Shown here piece after piece: positions 26,686 through 35,662 of a DNA stretch of 49,283 nucleotides. The translations under genes and the position numbers were made by a program. The stretch comes from Clostridiales bacterium UBA6468. Its GTDB lineage: Bacteria; Bacillota; Clostridia; Oscillospirales; Oscillospiraceae. Location: positions 4,546-53,828 of the forward strand of contig DJNI01000032.1 in assembly GCA_002436765.1 (NCBI GenBank), written 5' to 3'. The notes under the pieces were generated by a model. It searched no databases and was not told the DNA's origin. It saw only the letters and a program-made list of their open reading frames with translations. Every line of letters begins with the position of its first letter. Within the stretch, counting starts at the first letter, position 1.

Positions 26686-28503
26686 TCAGAAGACCAGCTC
26701 CACGGAATAGTGCCGTAGCCAGAAGTCGATCTGGCACAGATAGGCGATGGTCTGGGGGCGGCGCATCAGCTGGCCGTACCACGGCCAGTGCGTCTCCCGG
26801 TGCAGAAGCTTCCTCACTTCCTCCGCCGAGACAATCTGCCAGAGGGGCGCGGCGGGGTCGTCCAGAACGGTTTGCAGCCGGGATTCCATGAGCTGCTCGT
26901 ACCGGGGGTCAAAGGTCTTGGGATAGGGACTCTTTTTCCTGTGCAGCACCGCTTCCGGCAGAAGTCCCTCCACCGCCCGGCGCAGCAGTCCTTTCTCCTG
27001 CCCCTGATAGTCCTTGAACTCCCAGGGAACGCCGTACAGGTATTCCGCGATCCGGTAGTCGCAGAAGGGTACGCGGACTTCCAGCGAGTGGTACATGCTC
27101 ATCCGGTCTTTCCTGTCCAGCAATGTCTGCATGAACCAGCGGAAATTCAGGTTCACCATCTGCTTCATCCGCCGCTCCTGATCGGCGGTGCCGGGGAGAA
27201 TGTCGCTTTCCCGGCAGGTCTGGTTGTAGGCGTCCATCACAAATTCCGCCGGGTCGAGGGTGATCGCAGGCGTCAGGATCGCCGCCCGATCCGCCGTATT
27301 CTGCGCCCAGGGGAAGCCCTCTTTAGCGCGAACCTCCGGGTCACGGTACCAGGGATAGCCGCCGAAAATCTCGTCGGCGCATTCCCCGGACAGGGCGACC
27401 TTCACCTCCCGCCGGATCTCCCCGCAAAAGGCCAGCAGGGAAAAATCCACGTCCGCCATTCCCGGCAAATCCCGGGCAACGGTGGCTTCCTCCAGCGTCT
27501 GTGCCAGCTCGTCGGCGCCGAGGATCGTCCAGTGGTGGTCAGTCTGCAAGACGTCCGTCATCAGGCGGATGAAGCTTCCGTCGGAATTGGGCTGGAACCT
27601 GTTCGCCTGAAAATACCTGTCGTTGTTCTGGTAGTCCACGGAGAAGGTTTTCAGCCGCTCCCCTTTTTTCGCCATTTCTCCCGCGCAGACGGCGGTGATA
27701 ATGCTGGAATCCAGTCCCCCGGAGAGAAACGTCCCGACGGGAACATCGGACACCATCTGCCGCCGGATGGCGTCCGTCACCAGAAAGCGCACCTTCTCCA
27801 CCGTTTCGTCGAAGGAATCCCGGTGTTCCCTGTCCATCAGCTTCCAGTAGCGGCAAAGGCGCAGCTCCCCGTCGGCAAAATATCCGCAGCAGCCCGGCTC
27901 CAGCTCGGAAATTCCCCGGAACACGCCGCTTCCCGGCAGCCGCCCCGGCCCCAGAAGAATCAGCTGGGCAGCGTCGTTTTCGTCCAGTTCCGCCCGGACG
28001 GTGGGGTATGTCAGAATTGTCTTGATCTCCGAGGCAAACAGCAGCCCGCCGTCGTGTCTCTTGTAAAACAGGGGCTTCACCCCGATCCGGTCGCGGGCGA
28101 GGAACAGCCGCCCCCGGCGCTTTTCCCACACGGCGAAGGCAAAAATCCCGTTCAGCTTTTCCACGCACGCCGCCCCGAACTGGGCGTAGGCATGGAGCAG
28201 CACCTCCGTATCGGAATGCCCCAGAAAGCTGTGTCCCAGGGCGGACAGCTCATAGCGCAGCTGCTCGGTATTGTACAGCTCCCCGTTGTAAACCAGCGTG
28301 TACTCCTCCCCCGCCCAGGCAAGGGTCATGGGCTGACGGCCGCCCTCCGGGTCAATGATGGCAAGCCGCCCGTGGAGCAGCGTACACCCCTTTTCCCGAT
28401 ACACGCCCCGGTCGTCCGGCCCCCGGCGGTGCATCGTTTCCAGCATTTGGCGAACGGTTTTAGGAGGTGCCGGAAGGTTGATCATTCCGCTGATGGCGCA
28501 CAT
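26686..28503 (-). CDS. asnB: Asparagine synthase (glutamine-hydrolysing), AsnB/AsnO-like
   Basis: N-terminal MC nucleophile, RRGPD, YNGELYN, SDTEV, LSGGLDSS, SGECADEIFGGY, EVRVPF. Confidence 0.95.
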   Translation of the reverse strand: MCAISGMINLPAPPKTVRQMLETMHRRGPDDRGVYREKGCTLLHGRLAIIDPEGGRQPMTLAWAGEEYTLVYNGELYNTEQLRYELSALGHSFLGHSDTEVLLHAYAQFGAACVEKLNGIFAFAVWEKRRGRLFLARDRIGVKPLFYKRHDGGLLFASEIKTILTYPTVRAELDENDAAQLILLGPGRLPGSGVFRGISELEPGCCGYFADGELRLCRYWKLMDREHRDSFDETVEKVRFLVTDAIRRQMVSDVPVGTFLSGGLDSSIITAVCAGEMAKKGERLKTFSVDYQNNDRYFQANRFQPNSDGSFIRLMTDVLQTDHHWTILGADELAQTLEEATVARDLPGMADVDFSLLAFCGEIRREVKVALSGECADEIFGGYPWYRDPEVRAKEGFPWAQNTADRAAILTPAITLDPAEFVMDAYNQTCRESDILPGTADQERRMKQMVNLNFRWFMQTLLDRKDRMSMYHSLEVRVPFCDYRIAEYLYGVPWEFKDYQGQEKGLLRRAVEGLLPEAVLHRKKSPYPKTFDPRYEQLMESRLQTVLDDPAAPLWQIVSAEEVRKLLHRETHWPWYGQLMRRPQTIAYLCQIDFWLRHYSVELVF

Positions 28504-28543
28504 ATTCACCACATCCTTTTCCTAAGCTATCTGCATATTTTAT

Positions 28544-28572
28544 GCATGACAGGGGCAGGGATGTGCATACTA
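28544..28572 (+). promoter_or_regulatory. Forespore sigma-G-like promoter
   Basis: GCATG-17 nt-CATACTA upstream of the 28589 gene, matching the B. subtilis sigG consensus. Confidence 0.55.
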
Positions 28573-28588
28573 AGCGCGGTGATGTTTT

Positions 28589-29017
28589 ATGAAAAACAGC
28601 AGAGAAATTCTGACCTCCGTCCTGAAAACCACCCAGATGGGGCAGATCGGCATTCGCAGCGTGCTGGATACCAGTATGCGGCCGGGACTTCGGAAGGCGC
28701 TGGAATCCCAGCTTCGGGAATATGATTCCATCGAAACAGAAGCCCATTCCATCGCCACCCAGCGGGGCTGGGACATGGACGAGCTTGACCCCTCCGTGCG
28801 GATCTGGTCGAATCTCATGACCCGGATGAAGCTCAACGGCCGGAACACCGACTCCAAGATCGCCGACATGATGATCCAGGGCAACACCAAGGGCATGATC
28901 AAGGGGTTGAAAACCCTCCATCAGTTCGGCCGGCAGGACGAGCAGATCAACACCCTGAGCCAGAAGCTTCTGGACTGCGAGACCGCCAACATCCGCCAGA
29001 TGCAGGGGTATCTGTGA
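28589..29017 (+). CDS. Hypothetical helical protein, probably sporulation-associated
   Basis: 142-aa ORF with host codon usage (SKIADMMIQGNTKG motif), behind a sigG-like promoter. Confidence 0.75.
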   Translation: MKNSREILTSVLKTTQMGQIGIRSVLDTSMRPGLRKALESQLREYDSIETEAHSIATQRGWDMDELDPSVRIWSNLMTRMKLNGRNTDSKIADMMIQGNTKGMIKGLKTLHQFGRQDEQINTLSQKLLDCETANIRQMQGYL

Positions 29018-29065
29018 AAAACGGGGCGACGGACTGCTGTCTCCGCCGCCCCATATTTTTTCGCT

Positions 29066-29095
29066 GTCACCTTCCGTTCCCCTGCCGCATATTCT
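29066..29095 (+). promoter_or_regulatory. Mother-cell sigma-K/E-like promoter of the sleC-like operon
   Basis: GTCAC-17 nt-CATATTCT upstream of an AAAGGAGG RBS. Confidence 0.45.
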
Positions 29096-29118
29096 GGTAG
29101 GAGAAAGGAGGGATCCTG

Positions 29119-29499
29119 TTGTCAGCTACAGGATACATACAGGTACGCGCCTACACCAGCACCGCCCGGTTCCCCTTAGAAAACGTGGCCATCGCGGTCA
29201 CTGCCACCGACGGCACCGCCCTTGCCATGCGCCTGACCGACCGGAACGGTCTGATCACCCCCATTGATATCCCCGTACCGGATAAATCCGAAAGTCAGGA
29301 GCCGGAGGCCGGGGAAAAGCCCTACACCGCCGTGAATCTCTACGCCCGTCTGAAGGGTTATGAGCAGATCGAGGCGGAAAATCTTCAGGTTTTCGCCGAT
29401 ACCACCACCAATCAGAATCTGGAGATGATCCCCCTGTCGGAGTTCCCGAACCAGTGGGATCAGTCGGAAATTTTCAATACGCCTCCCCAGAATCTGTAG
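29119..29499 (+). CDS. Stand-alone protein resembling the N-terminal pre-domain of SleC
   Basis: TTG start with strong RBS. GYIQV..PLENV..TDRNG..PVPD..S.EP..PY..GYE..Q.F..Q.LEMIP parallels the clostridial SleC pre-region as I recall it. Confidence 0.7.
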   Translation: MSATGYIQVRAYTSTARFPLENVAIAVTATDGTALAMRLTDRNGLITPIDIPVPDKSESQEPEAGEKPYTAVNLYARLKGYEQIEAENLQVFADTTTNQNLEMIPLSEFPNQWDQSEIFNTPPQNL

Positions 29500-29509
29500 G
29501 AGGTGACCT

Positions 29510-30736
29510 ATGCCCCAAGTCATTCCTTATATCCCGCAGCGGATCACGGTGCATCTCGGCGCGCCGTCGTCCAACGCCGCCAACGTCACCGTGGATTTTG
29601 TGGACTACGTGAAAAACGTAGCGTCCAGCGAGATTTACCCCACCTGGGAGGAGGCCGCTCTGCGCGCCAATATCCTCGCCATTGTGTCCTTCGCCCTGAA
29701 CCGGGTGTACACGGAATTCTATCGCAGCCGGGGGTACAGCTTTGATATCACCAGCTCCACCGCCTACGACCAGTTTTTCGTCAACGGGCGCAGCTACTTT
29801 ACCAACGTCGCCCGGCTGGTGGATGAGCTGTTCGACGACTATCTTCGCCGCCCCGGCTTTGTGGAGCCTCTGGCCGCCAAATTCTGCAACGGCACCACCG
29901 TCACCTGTGAGGGCTTAAGCCAGTGGGGCAGTCAGAATCTGGCGCGGCAGGGGTACGACAGCGTCCGGATTCTCCGCAGCTATTACGGCAATGTGGAGAT
30001 CGTGAACAACGCCCCCATCCGGGGCATCACTTCCTCCTACCCCGGCACCGCCCTGCGCAGGGGAACCACCGGCCCCAGCGTGGTGGTCGTGCAGGTGGAG
30101 CTGAACCGGATCTCCCAGAACTACCCTGCCATTCCCAAAATCTCTCTTGTGGACGGCATCTTCGGCGCACAGACAGAAGCCGCCGTGCGGAAATTCCAGG
30201 AGATCGCCAACCTGGCCGTGGACGGCATCGTCGGGCGGGAGACCTGGTATGCCCTTGTTCGCTATTATGTCGCCGTGACCAGCCTCGCGGAGCTGCGCAG
30301 TCAAGGACAGCGGTTCTACACCATCTCCTGGGCGACCAGCAACCCCATTGAGCAGGGCGACCGAGGCGTAAAAGTCGAGCATCTGCAATACATGCTCAGC
30401 GTCCTTTCCGCCTACATCCCGGAAATTCCGCCCCTGACCATCGACGGGATTTTCGGCTCTGCCACCCGCAATGCCGTCATCGCCGCCCAGCGCCGGTTCG
30501 GCCTGCCGGAGACCGGTATTGTGAATTTCGACACGTGGAACGAGATTTACGACCAGTTCTCCGGCATCGAAACCACCAGCTGGCGCGACCCGGAGAATTT
30601 TCCCTACACCTCCGCTATCATTGGCGGGACGACGCCCAGGGCGCGGTATTCCCAGACCACCACCATGACCCAATTCCCGGGAAATAATTTGAGCACCGGG
30701 AATCAGGATTCCGTAAGACAGGAGGCGCCGCGATGA
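29510..30736 (+). CDS. SleC-like spore cortex-lytic enzyme (SpoIID/LytB-like domain + 2 PG-binding domains)
   Basis: IPQRITVHLG..DYVKNVASSEIYPTW..ALRANILAIVSFALNRVYTEFY..FDITSSTAYDQ; DGIFG..T..AV PG-binding repeats. Confidence 0.88.
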   Translation: MPQVIPYIPQRITVHLGAPSSNAANVTVDFVDYVKNVASSEIYPTWEEAALRANILAIVSFALNRVYTEFYRSRGYSFDITSSTAYDQFFVNGRSYFTNVARLVDELFDDYLRRPGFVEPLAAKFCNGTTVTCEGLSQWGSQNLARQGYDSVRILRSYYGNVEIVNNAPIRGITSSYPGTALRRGTTGPSVVVVQVELNRISQNYPAIPKISLVDGIFGAQTEAAVRKFQEIANLAVDGIVGRETWYALVRYYVAVTSLAELRSQGQRFYTISWATSNPIEQGDRGVKVEHLQYMLSVLSAYIPEIPPLTIDGIFGSATRNAVIAAQRRFGLPETGIVNFDTWNEIYDQFSGIETTSWRDPENFPYTSAIIGGTTPRARYSQTTTMTQFPGNNLSTGNQDSVRQEAPR

Positions 30737-31266
30737 GACCGCTATCTTCCTTTGTTGGTCAGCCCATCCGCAGCTTGCAGACCATGCTCCGGGTCATTGC
30801 CGAGGATGACCCCACCCATCTGCGCATCGTTCCCGACGGCATTTACGGCCCGGAGACCACCGCCGCCATTTCCACCTTCCAGCGCAAGCACGGTCTGCCG
30901 GTGACGGGTGTCACCGATCAGGCGACCTGGGAGGCCGTCGTCGGGGTATATACCCCTGCTCTCGTGCGTATTGACGCCGCCCAGCCTGTGGATATCATCA
31001 TGAACCCCGGCCAGGTCATCCGCCGGGGAGAACGCAGCCCTCACATCTATCTGGCGCAGGCCATGCTGGCGGTACTTGCCGACGTCTACAAGAGCGTCGC
31101 CGTGCCGACCCACTCCGGCATTCTGGACGAACCGACGGCAGATTCTCTGTCGTCCTTCCAGATCTTGAGCGGCCTTCCCATGACCGGGACGCTGGATAAA
31201 CACACCTGGAAGCACCTTGCGCTGCATTATCCGCTGGCGACAAATCTGAACAGTCTCCCCGGATGA
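30733..31266 (+). CDS. Peptidoglycan-binding domain protein (two PG_binding_1-like repeats)
   Basis: IRSLQTML..DGIYGPET..FQRKHGLPVTG..TW and a second FQILSGLPMTG..TW; ATGA overlap with the upstream gene. Confidence 0.85.
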   Translation: MRPLSSFVGQPIRSLQTMLRVIAEDDPTHLRIVPDGIYGPETTAAISTFQRKHGLPVTGVTDQATWEAVVGVYTPALVRIDAAQPVDIIMNPGQVIRRGERSPHIYLAQAMLAVLADVYKSVAVPTHSGILDEPTADSLSSFQILSGLPMTGTLDKHTWKHLALHYPLATNLNSLPG

Positions 31267-31374
31267 AAATTTATGGATAATTTATTAAAATTTTCCTCCC
31301 ATAGGGCCGAACCCTTGATAAACGGGAAAAATCTGACTATAATATAGGGCAAACCCGCCTCGGAGGAATGATCC

Positions 31375-31956
31375 ATGCACATCATAGACTGGAAAAAGGA
31401 AGTATTCACCATTCCGAATCTGTTGAGCCTGTTCCGGCTGGCGCTGATCCCCGTGTATATTTACATCTATCTGGGCGCAACCGAGGCCTATCAGTATATC
31501 ACCGCAGGGGCGATCATGGCGGTCTCCTGCCTGACGGATCTGATCGACGGAAAGGTCGCCCGCCGCTTCAATATGGTCTCCACCCTGGGAAAAATCCTCG
31601 ACCCGCTGGCGGATAAGATCACCCAGTTCACCCTGACGGTGTGCCTTTCTCTGAAGCATCCCCAGCTGCTGCCGGTGCTGGCGCTGTTCGTCGTCAAGGA
31701 GCTGTTTCAGCTGATTGTGGGGGCGGTTCACCTGAAAATGGGCAAGATGCTTCCCGGCGCACTGATGGCCGGAAAGATCTGCACCACCGTCCTGTTCATC
31801 AGCCTGATCGCGCTGGTTCTGTTTCCCCTTGCGGATGATACGGTGGTAAGCGTCATTGCGGCAGTGGACGCAATTTTTCTGGGCATTTCCTTCGTCAGCT
31901 ACATTCTGGCATATTTTGGAAAAAACGCAAAGGTTCAGGACCTCAAAAGCGAATAG
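31375..31956 (+). CDS. CDP-alcohol phosphatidyltransferase family protein
   Basis: TIPNLLSLFR, TDLIDGKVARRFNMVSTLGKILDPLADK signature. Confidence 0.92.
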   Translation: MHIIDWKKEVFTIPNLLSLFRLALIPVYIYIYLGATEAYQYITAGAIMAVSCLTDLIDGKVARRFNMVSTLGKILDPLADKITQFTLTVCLSLKHPQLLPVLALFVVKELFQLIVGAVHLKMGKMLPGALMAGKICTTVLFISLIALVLFPLADDTVVSVIAAVDAIFLGISFVSYILAYFGKNAKVQDLKSE

Positions 31957-31995
31957 AAAGAAGTCCGTCGGATGGTTCCGGCGGACTTCTTTTTT
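31957..31995 (+). terminator. Intrinsic terminator
   Basis: AAAGAAGTCCGTCGGA/TCCGGCGGACTTCTTT stem ending in a T-tract. Confidence 0.7.
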
Positions 31996-32217
31996 CAAAA
32001 AACACGCGGCGGCTCTTTCGTGAGCCGCCGCACAATGATAATTTTCTCTCTCCACGGGACACAGCGTGTCACGGGTACACCGTCGGCTTATCCGCGGATA
32101 TTTCCACGGCATCGGCTTTCCCCACTGTCTCCGCCTCTGTACCTACAGTATACCACACCCCCGGCGGCGATTGGTGAAGAAACCTTGAACAGACGCAAAA
32201 GAATTTCTTAAGCGGCC

Positions 32218-32628
32218 TTAGCTCGGATACACATTGCTCACCAGCAGCAGCACCGGGAGCGCCAGGGTGAAAATACTGATCGCCCAGGGGTACATGGCCT
32301 TTCTGGAGCAGAACATCAGCAGCAGACACGCCGCCGTCAGCCCCAGCGGCCCCATCACCGCCAGCTGACGGCTCACGGTCATGGCAAACTCGCCGGTGGA
32401 TTGCAGGTCAAGCCCCACCTGCTCCGGCAGATGCTGACCATTATAGGAAGCCAGCCGGAGGGCAGCATAAACCACCGGCGCGGCCATGATGAACTTTCTC
32501 AGCCGGAACAGCCAGACGCCGATAAGATTGATGACGGAATTGACTTTGGACATCACCGTCTTGAATTTCTCAAAGCCGGCGGACTGCACGGCAGTCTGCT
32601 TTTCCGCAAATTGACCGGTCTTTCCCAT
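32218..32628 (-). CDS. Hypothetical membrane protein
   Basis: GGAGG RBS before MGKTGQ; about 3 hydrophobic segments. Confidence 0.75.
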   Translation of the reverse strand: MGKTGQFAEKQTAVQSAGFEKFKTVMSKVNSVINLIGVWLFRLRKFIMAAPVVYAALRLASYNGQHLPEQVGLDLQSTGEFAMTVSRQLAVMGPLGLTAACLLLMFCSRKAMYPWAISIFTLALPVLLLVSNVYPS

Positions 32629-32792
32629 AAAATACCTCCGGGTAACTGTTTTCTGTATTATAGCATACTTGCCGACGAGTTGCAAGCCGTCGGCTTTTTT
32701 CTAAAATTTTTTCAAAAAAGCTTAATTAGTCCGGTTTATTGGACAGAACCTTTTGTATACTGTTGTCAGAAAAACAAAAGGAGGTATTTCCA

Positions 32793-32963
32793 ATGAAACA
32801 ACACACTCTGTCCCGTCCGACCGCTCGCCGTTACCGTGAACCCGCCTACCCCAACGCCGCCGACAGGCACTATTATGTGGAGAAGGCGGTGAACATCGTC
32901 ACCGCGATTCTCTCCGGAATCGGCTTTGTCAGCGCCATGGTTTTCCTTGCCACCATGGGGTGA
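32793..32963 (+). CDS. Small single-TM hypothetical protein
   Basis: AAAGGAGG RBS, 56 aa, PAYPNAA motif followed by a C-terminal TM helix. Confidence 0.7.
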   Translation: MKQHTLSRPTARRYREPAYPNAADRHYYVEKAVNIVTAILSGIGFVSAMVFLATMG

Positions 32964-33449
32964 TCACAAGTCCTCGTCCCTGAGGATCCGGCAGGAAAGG
33001 ATTTCCCGGTTTTCCACCTGGATCAGTCCGGCCGTTCCCCCGCCGTAGCCGCAGCTGCCCGGATTCAGGATCCAGAGGCCGTCCGGTTCCCGGCGGCAGT
33101 CGGCCTGATGGGTGTGTCCGTACAGCACCCCATCCACCCGGCTTGCCCGGGCGTCCTTCAGCAGCGCGCCCAATCCCATTTTTACATTGTACCTGTGTCC
33201 GTGGGTCATGAAAAGATTCACCCCAAACACGGGCTGCACCAGCGTCTCCGGCTGCCAGGACGGGCAGCGAAACCGGTCGCAGTTTCCCGGCACCTGGTAA
33301 AATGGCGTATCCGGGTTTTCCTCATGGATGACCACGCCGTCGTCAAAAAAGTCCCCAAGATGGATGATCGCATCGGGCTTCACCGATTCCACGCATTGCC
33401 GCATGAACTGAAGGGCTGAATGGGAATCCGACAGCACCAGAATCTTCAT
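32964..33449 (-). CDS. YfcE/MJ0936-type metallophosphoesterase
   Basis: SDSH, HLGD, GNCD, THGH, GHTH, NPGS motifs. Confidence 0.93.
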   Translation of the reverse strand: MKILVLSDSHSALQFMRQCVESVKPDAIIHLGDFFDDGVVIHEENPDTPFYQVPGNCDRFRCPSWQPETLVQPVFGVNLFMTHGHRYNVKMGLGALLKDARASRVDGVLYGHTHQADCRREPDGLWILNPGSCGYGGGTAGLIQVENREILSCRILRDEDL

Positions 33450-33543
33450 ATCGCTCCCGCCTTTAGTTTGTCTTTCTGGGATTATATCATACATTGGCAG
33501 GTTTTGCCATGTGTTTTCGTCAAAATAGACGACTGATTTTTGT

Positions 33544-33572
33544 GTACATTTTTCCCTGCGGGCGCATATGCT
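33544..33572 (+). promoter_or_regulatory. Sigma-K/E-like promoter of a three-gene operon
   Basis: GTACA-16 nt-CATATGCT. Confidence 0.45.
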
Positions 33573-33608
33573 ATAGCAGAAGTTTCACCACCCCAGGGAG
33601 GTAAGCCT

Positions 33609-33839
33609 ATGCAGCCCACACCCAATTCACAGGAGCTTGCGCAGATCATGCGCTTCGTCCAGTCCCCTGCGGGACAGCAGCTGCTCGCATCGCTCCGGCA
33701 GCTTAACGCAAACGAAATCAACAGCGCCATGGCAGACGTATCCGCCGGGAATTATGACCGGGCGCAGAAGACCATCGCCGCATTTCTCGCGACCCCGGAG
33801 GCGAAAAAGCTGCTGTCCCAAGTGGAAGGCGGCAAATGA
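33609..33839 (+). CDS. Small hypothetical protein
   Basis: GGGAGGT RBS; SPAGQQLL motif; ATGA overlap with the next gene. Confidence 0.72.
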   Translation: MQPTPNSQELAQIMRFVQSPAGQQLLASLRQLNANEINSAMADVSAGNYDRAQKTIAAFLATPEAKKLLSQVEGGK

Positions 33840-34192
33840 GCGAGATGGAGGAAAAGCTGGGGGCGATCCTGAGCAACCCCCAGATGATGCAGCAGATCAT
33901 GTCCATGGCCCAGGCCATGAGCCCGCCGCCGGAACCTCAGGGAAGGCCGGAGCAGCCGCCGGAGCCTGCCCCGCCGGCACTTCCGGATTTTTCCGTCATG
34001 CAGAAGCTCGCCGGGATGTCCCGGCAGTCCGGCATCGACAAAAACCAGCAGGCGCTGCTACGGGCGCTCTCCCCCTACATAAGCCGGGAGCGCACCGCCA
34101 AGCTGGAAAAAGCCATGCGCGCGGCAAAAATGGCGCGGCTTGCCTCGGCGTTTCTCAATGCCGGGGGTTTGGAAATGCTGACCGGGAGGTGA
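33836..34192 (+). CDS. Hypothetical protein (Met/Pro-rich, probable spore protein)
   Basis: ILSNPQMMQQIMSMAQ...ALLRALSPYIS.ER..KLEKA; translationally coupled. Confidence 0.75.
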   Translation: MSEMEEKLGAILSNPQMMQQIMSMAQAMSPPPEPQGRPEQPPEPAPPALPDFSVMQKLAGMSRQSGIDKNQQALLRALSPYISRERTAKLEKAMRAAKMARLASAFLNAGGLEMLTGR

Positions 34193-34198
34193 CGCAGA

Positions 34199-34615
34199 AT
34201 GTACAACCGCTATATTCCCCAGCCCGACGGCAGCTATCGCCGCCGGCCGGCAGACGTCCCTCAGCCCCCGCCGCCATCCCGGCCGGAACCGCCCCGACAG
34301 GAACCGCCTCGCCGGAATCCCGATTTTTCTCCGCCGCCGCCTCAGGAGAAGCCACCCTGCCAGAAGAGTCCCCCCTGCACCAATCCGCGCAGACAGGAGC
34401 GTCCCGCTCCCCCGCCTCCGCCCCGGCGGAAACCCCAACAGCAGCCGCCTCAGGATTCCTTTTTGGGTATCGGCAATTTCCTGCACCAGCTTCTGCCGAA
34501 GGACTTCTGCATGGAAGACCTGATGGTCGTGCTGCTGCTTCTGCTCATGTCCGGCAGCGGCGAGGAAGACCAGAATTTTGCTCTGCTGACGCTGGGATTG
34601 TATCTTTTTCTGTAG
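34199..34615 (+). CDS. Proline-rich protein with hydrophobic C-terminus (probable spore protein)
   Basis: GGGAGGT RBS, MYNRYIP start, poly-Pro middle, EDLMVVLLLLLM...LLTLGLYLFL end. Confidence 0.72.
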   Translation: MYNRYIPQPDGSYRRRPADVPQPPPPSRPEPPRQEPPRRNPDFSPPPPQEKPPCQKSPPCTNPRRQERPAPPPPPRRKPQQQPPQDSFLGIGNFLHQLLPKDFCMEDLMVVLLLLLMSGSGEEDQNFALLTLGLYLFL

Positions 34616-34616
34616 C

Positions 34617-34664
34617 AAAATACGCCGGTTTTCGTCGTGCTGAGACGAATCCGGCGTATTTTTT
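34617..34664 (+). terminator. Intrinsic terminator
   Basis: AAAATACGCCGG...CCGGCGTATTTTTT hairpin. Confidence 0.75.
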
Positions 34665-34725
34665 CGTTGCGGAAAAGGGTATATTGTGGTAGAATGGGGA
34701 AAACGCTGTTGCAGGAGGACACAAC

Positions 34726-35367
34726 GTGATTACCAAAAACAAGCCGAAATCAGACACCATTCTCCCTCTTCTGGTGCTTCTGCTGTTCATAGCGGCCATT
34801 GCCGCTCACTACGCGCTGGAGCCATGGAGCTTTTACCGGAAGGTCTCGGAGGGAGAAGCGGCGCTTCGGATGCAGGTGGTTCAAACCGCCGAAGGCTACC
34901 TCGGCTGCCGGGAATCGGACGGAAGCCATGAAACCATCATTGATCTGTACAACGCCCACGAGCCGCTGGCGCAGAACTACACCGTGCAGTATACCGACAG
35001 CTGGTGCGCCACCTTCGTCAGCGCCGTTTCCATCCGCTGCGGCCTGACGGACATTATCCCCACGGAATGCAGCTGTGAGCGTCTCATCGGCCTGTTCGAC
35101 TCGCTCGGCCGCTGGCAGGAGGACGACAATTACACGCCCCTCCCCGGCGATATCATCTTCTACGACTGGGACGAAAAGCGCCCCGGCGACTGCACCGGCT
35201 GGGCTGACCATGTAGGGATCGTGGTCGGGACAAAGTGGCCCTTCGTAAAGGTCATCGAGGGCAACCGGGACGACGCCGTTGCCTACCGCGTCATCCCTCT
35301 GGGCGAAATTCACATCCGGGGCTATGGCCTTCCGGATTATGCCGCAATGGCAGAAAACACCCCGTGA
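34726..35367 (+). CDS. CHAP-domain cell-wall hydrolase with N-terminal membrane anchor
   Basis: SWCATFVS (Cys), PLPGDIIFYDW, DHVGIV (His), IEGN, IRGYGLPDY. Confidence 0.88.
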   Translation: MITKNKPKSDTILPLLVLLLFIAAIAAHYALEPWSFYRKVSEGEAALRMQVVQTAEGYLGCRESDGSHETIIDLYNAHEPLAQNYTVQYTDSWCATFVSAVSIRCGLTDIIPTECSCERLIGLFDSLGRWQEDDNYTPLPGDIIFYDWDEKRPGDCTGWADHVGIVVGTKWPFVKVIEGNRDDAVAYRVIPLGEIHIRGYGLPDYAAMAENTP

Positions 35368-35389
35368 GCGTATGCTTACGGGGTAAATT

Positions 35390-35662
35390 TTATTTTTCCT
35401 GGTCGAGGATTTCCTTCAACAGCTTTCTTTGCTTCCGCAGCTCCTGCACCAGAGGCAGCATTCCGGTGAGATTGATGACCAGAATGAATACGATCAGGCC
35501 AACGACCCAGCCCTGCATTCCATTGCCGATCAGGACAAAAATCAGCAGCGCCGTCACAAGCAGCCGCATGAAAACGGCCTTCCCCACCGTGCGGATGGAC
35601 TTGCGGCACTGATCCTCCCGGTCGTAGATGTCCGGTTCCGGGGTCAATTTCTCGTCAGCCAT
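35390..35662 (-). CDS. Small 2-TM hypothetical protein
   Basis: TAATG coupling to the trpS stop, two hydrophobic helices. Confidence 0.75.
   Translation of the reverse strand: MADEKLTPEPDIYDREDQCRKSIRTVGKAVFMRLLVTALLIFVLIGNGMQGWVVGLIVFILVINLTGMLPLVQELRKQRKLLKEILDQEK

Noticed and set aside
26788..28725. Long opposite-strand ORFs (also 39922-41808, 47029-49011, 25043-26611, 21833-23320, 14970-16436, 44532-46028)
   Set aside because: Shadow frames of real genes, expected from high-GC codon bias; no recognisable motifs.
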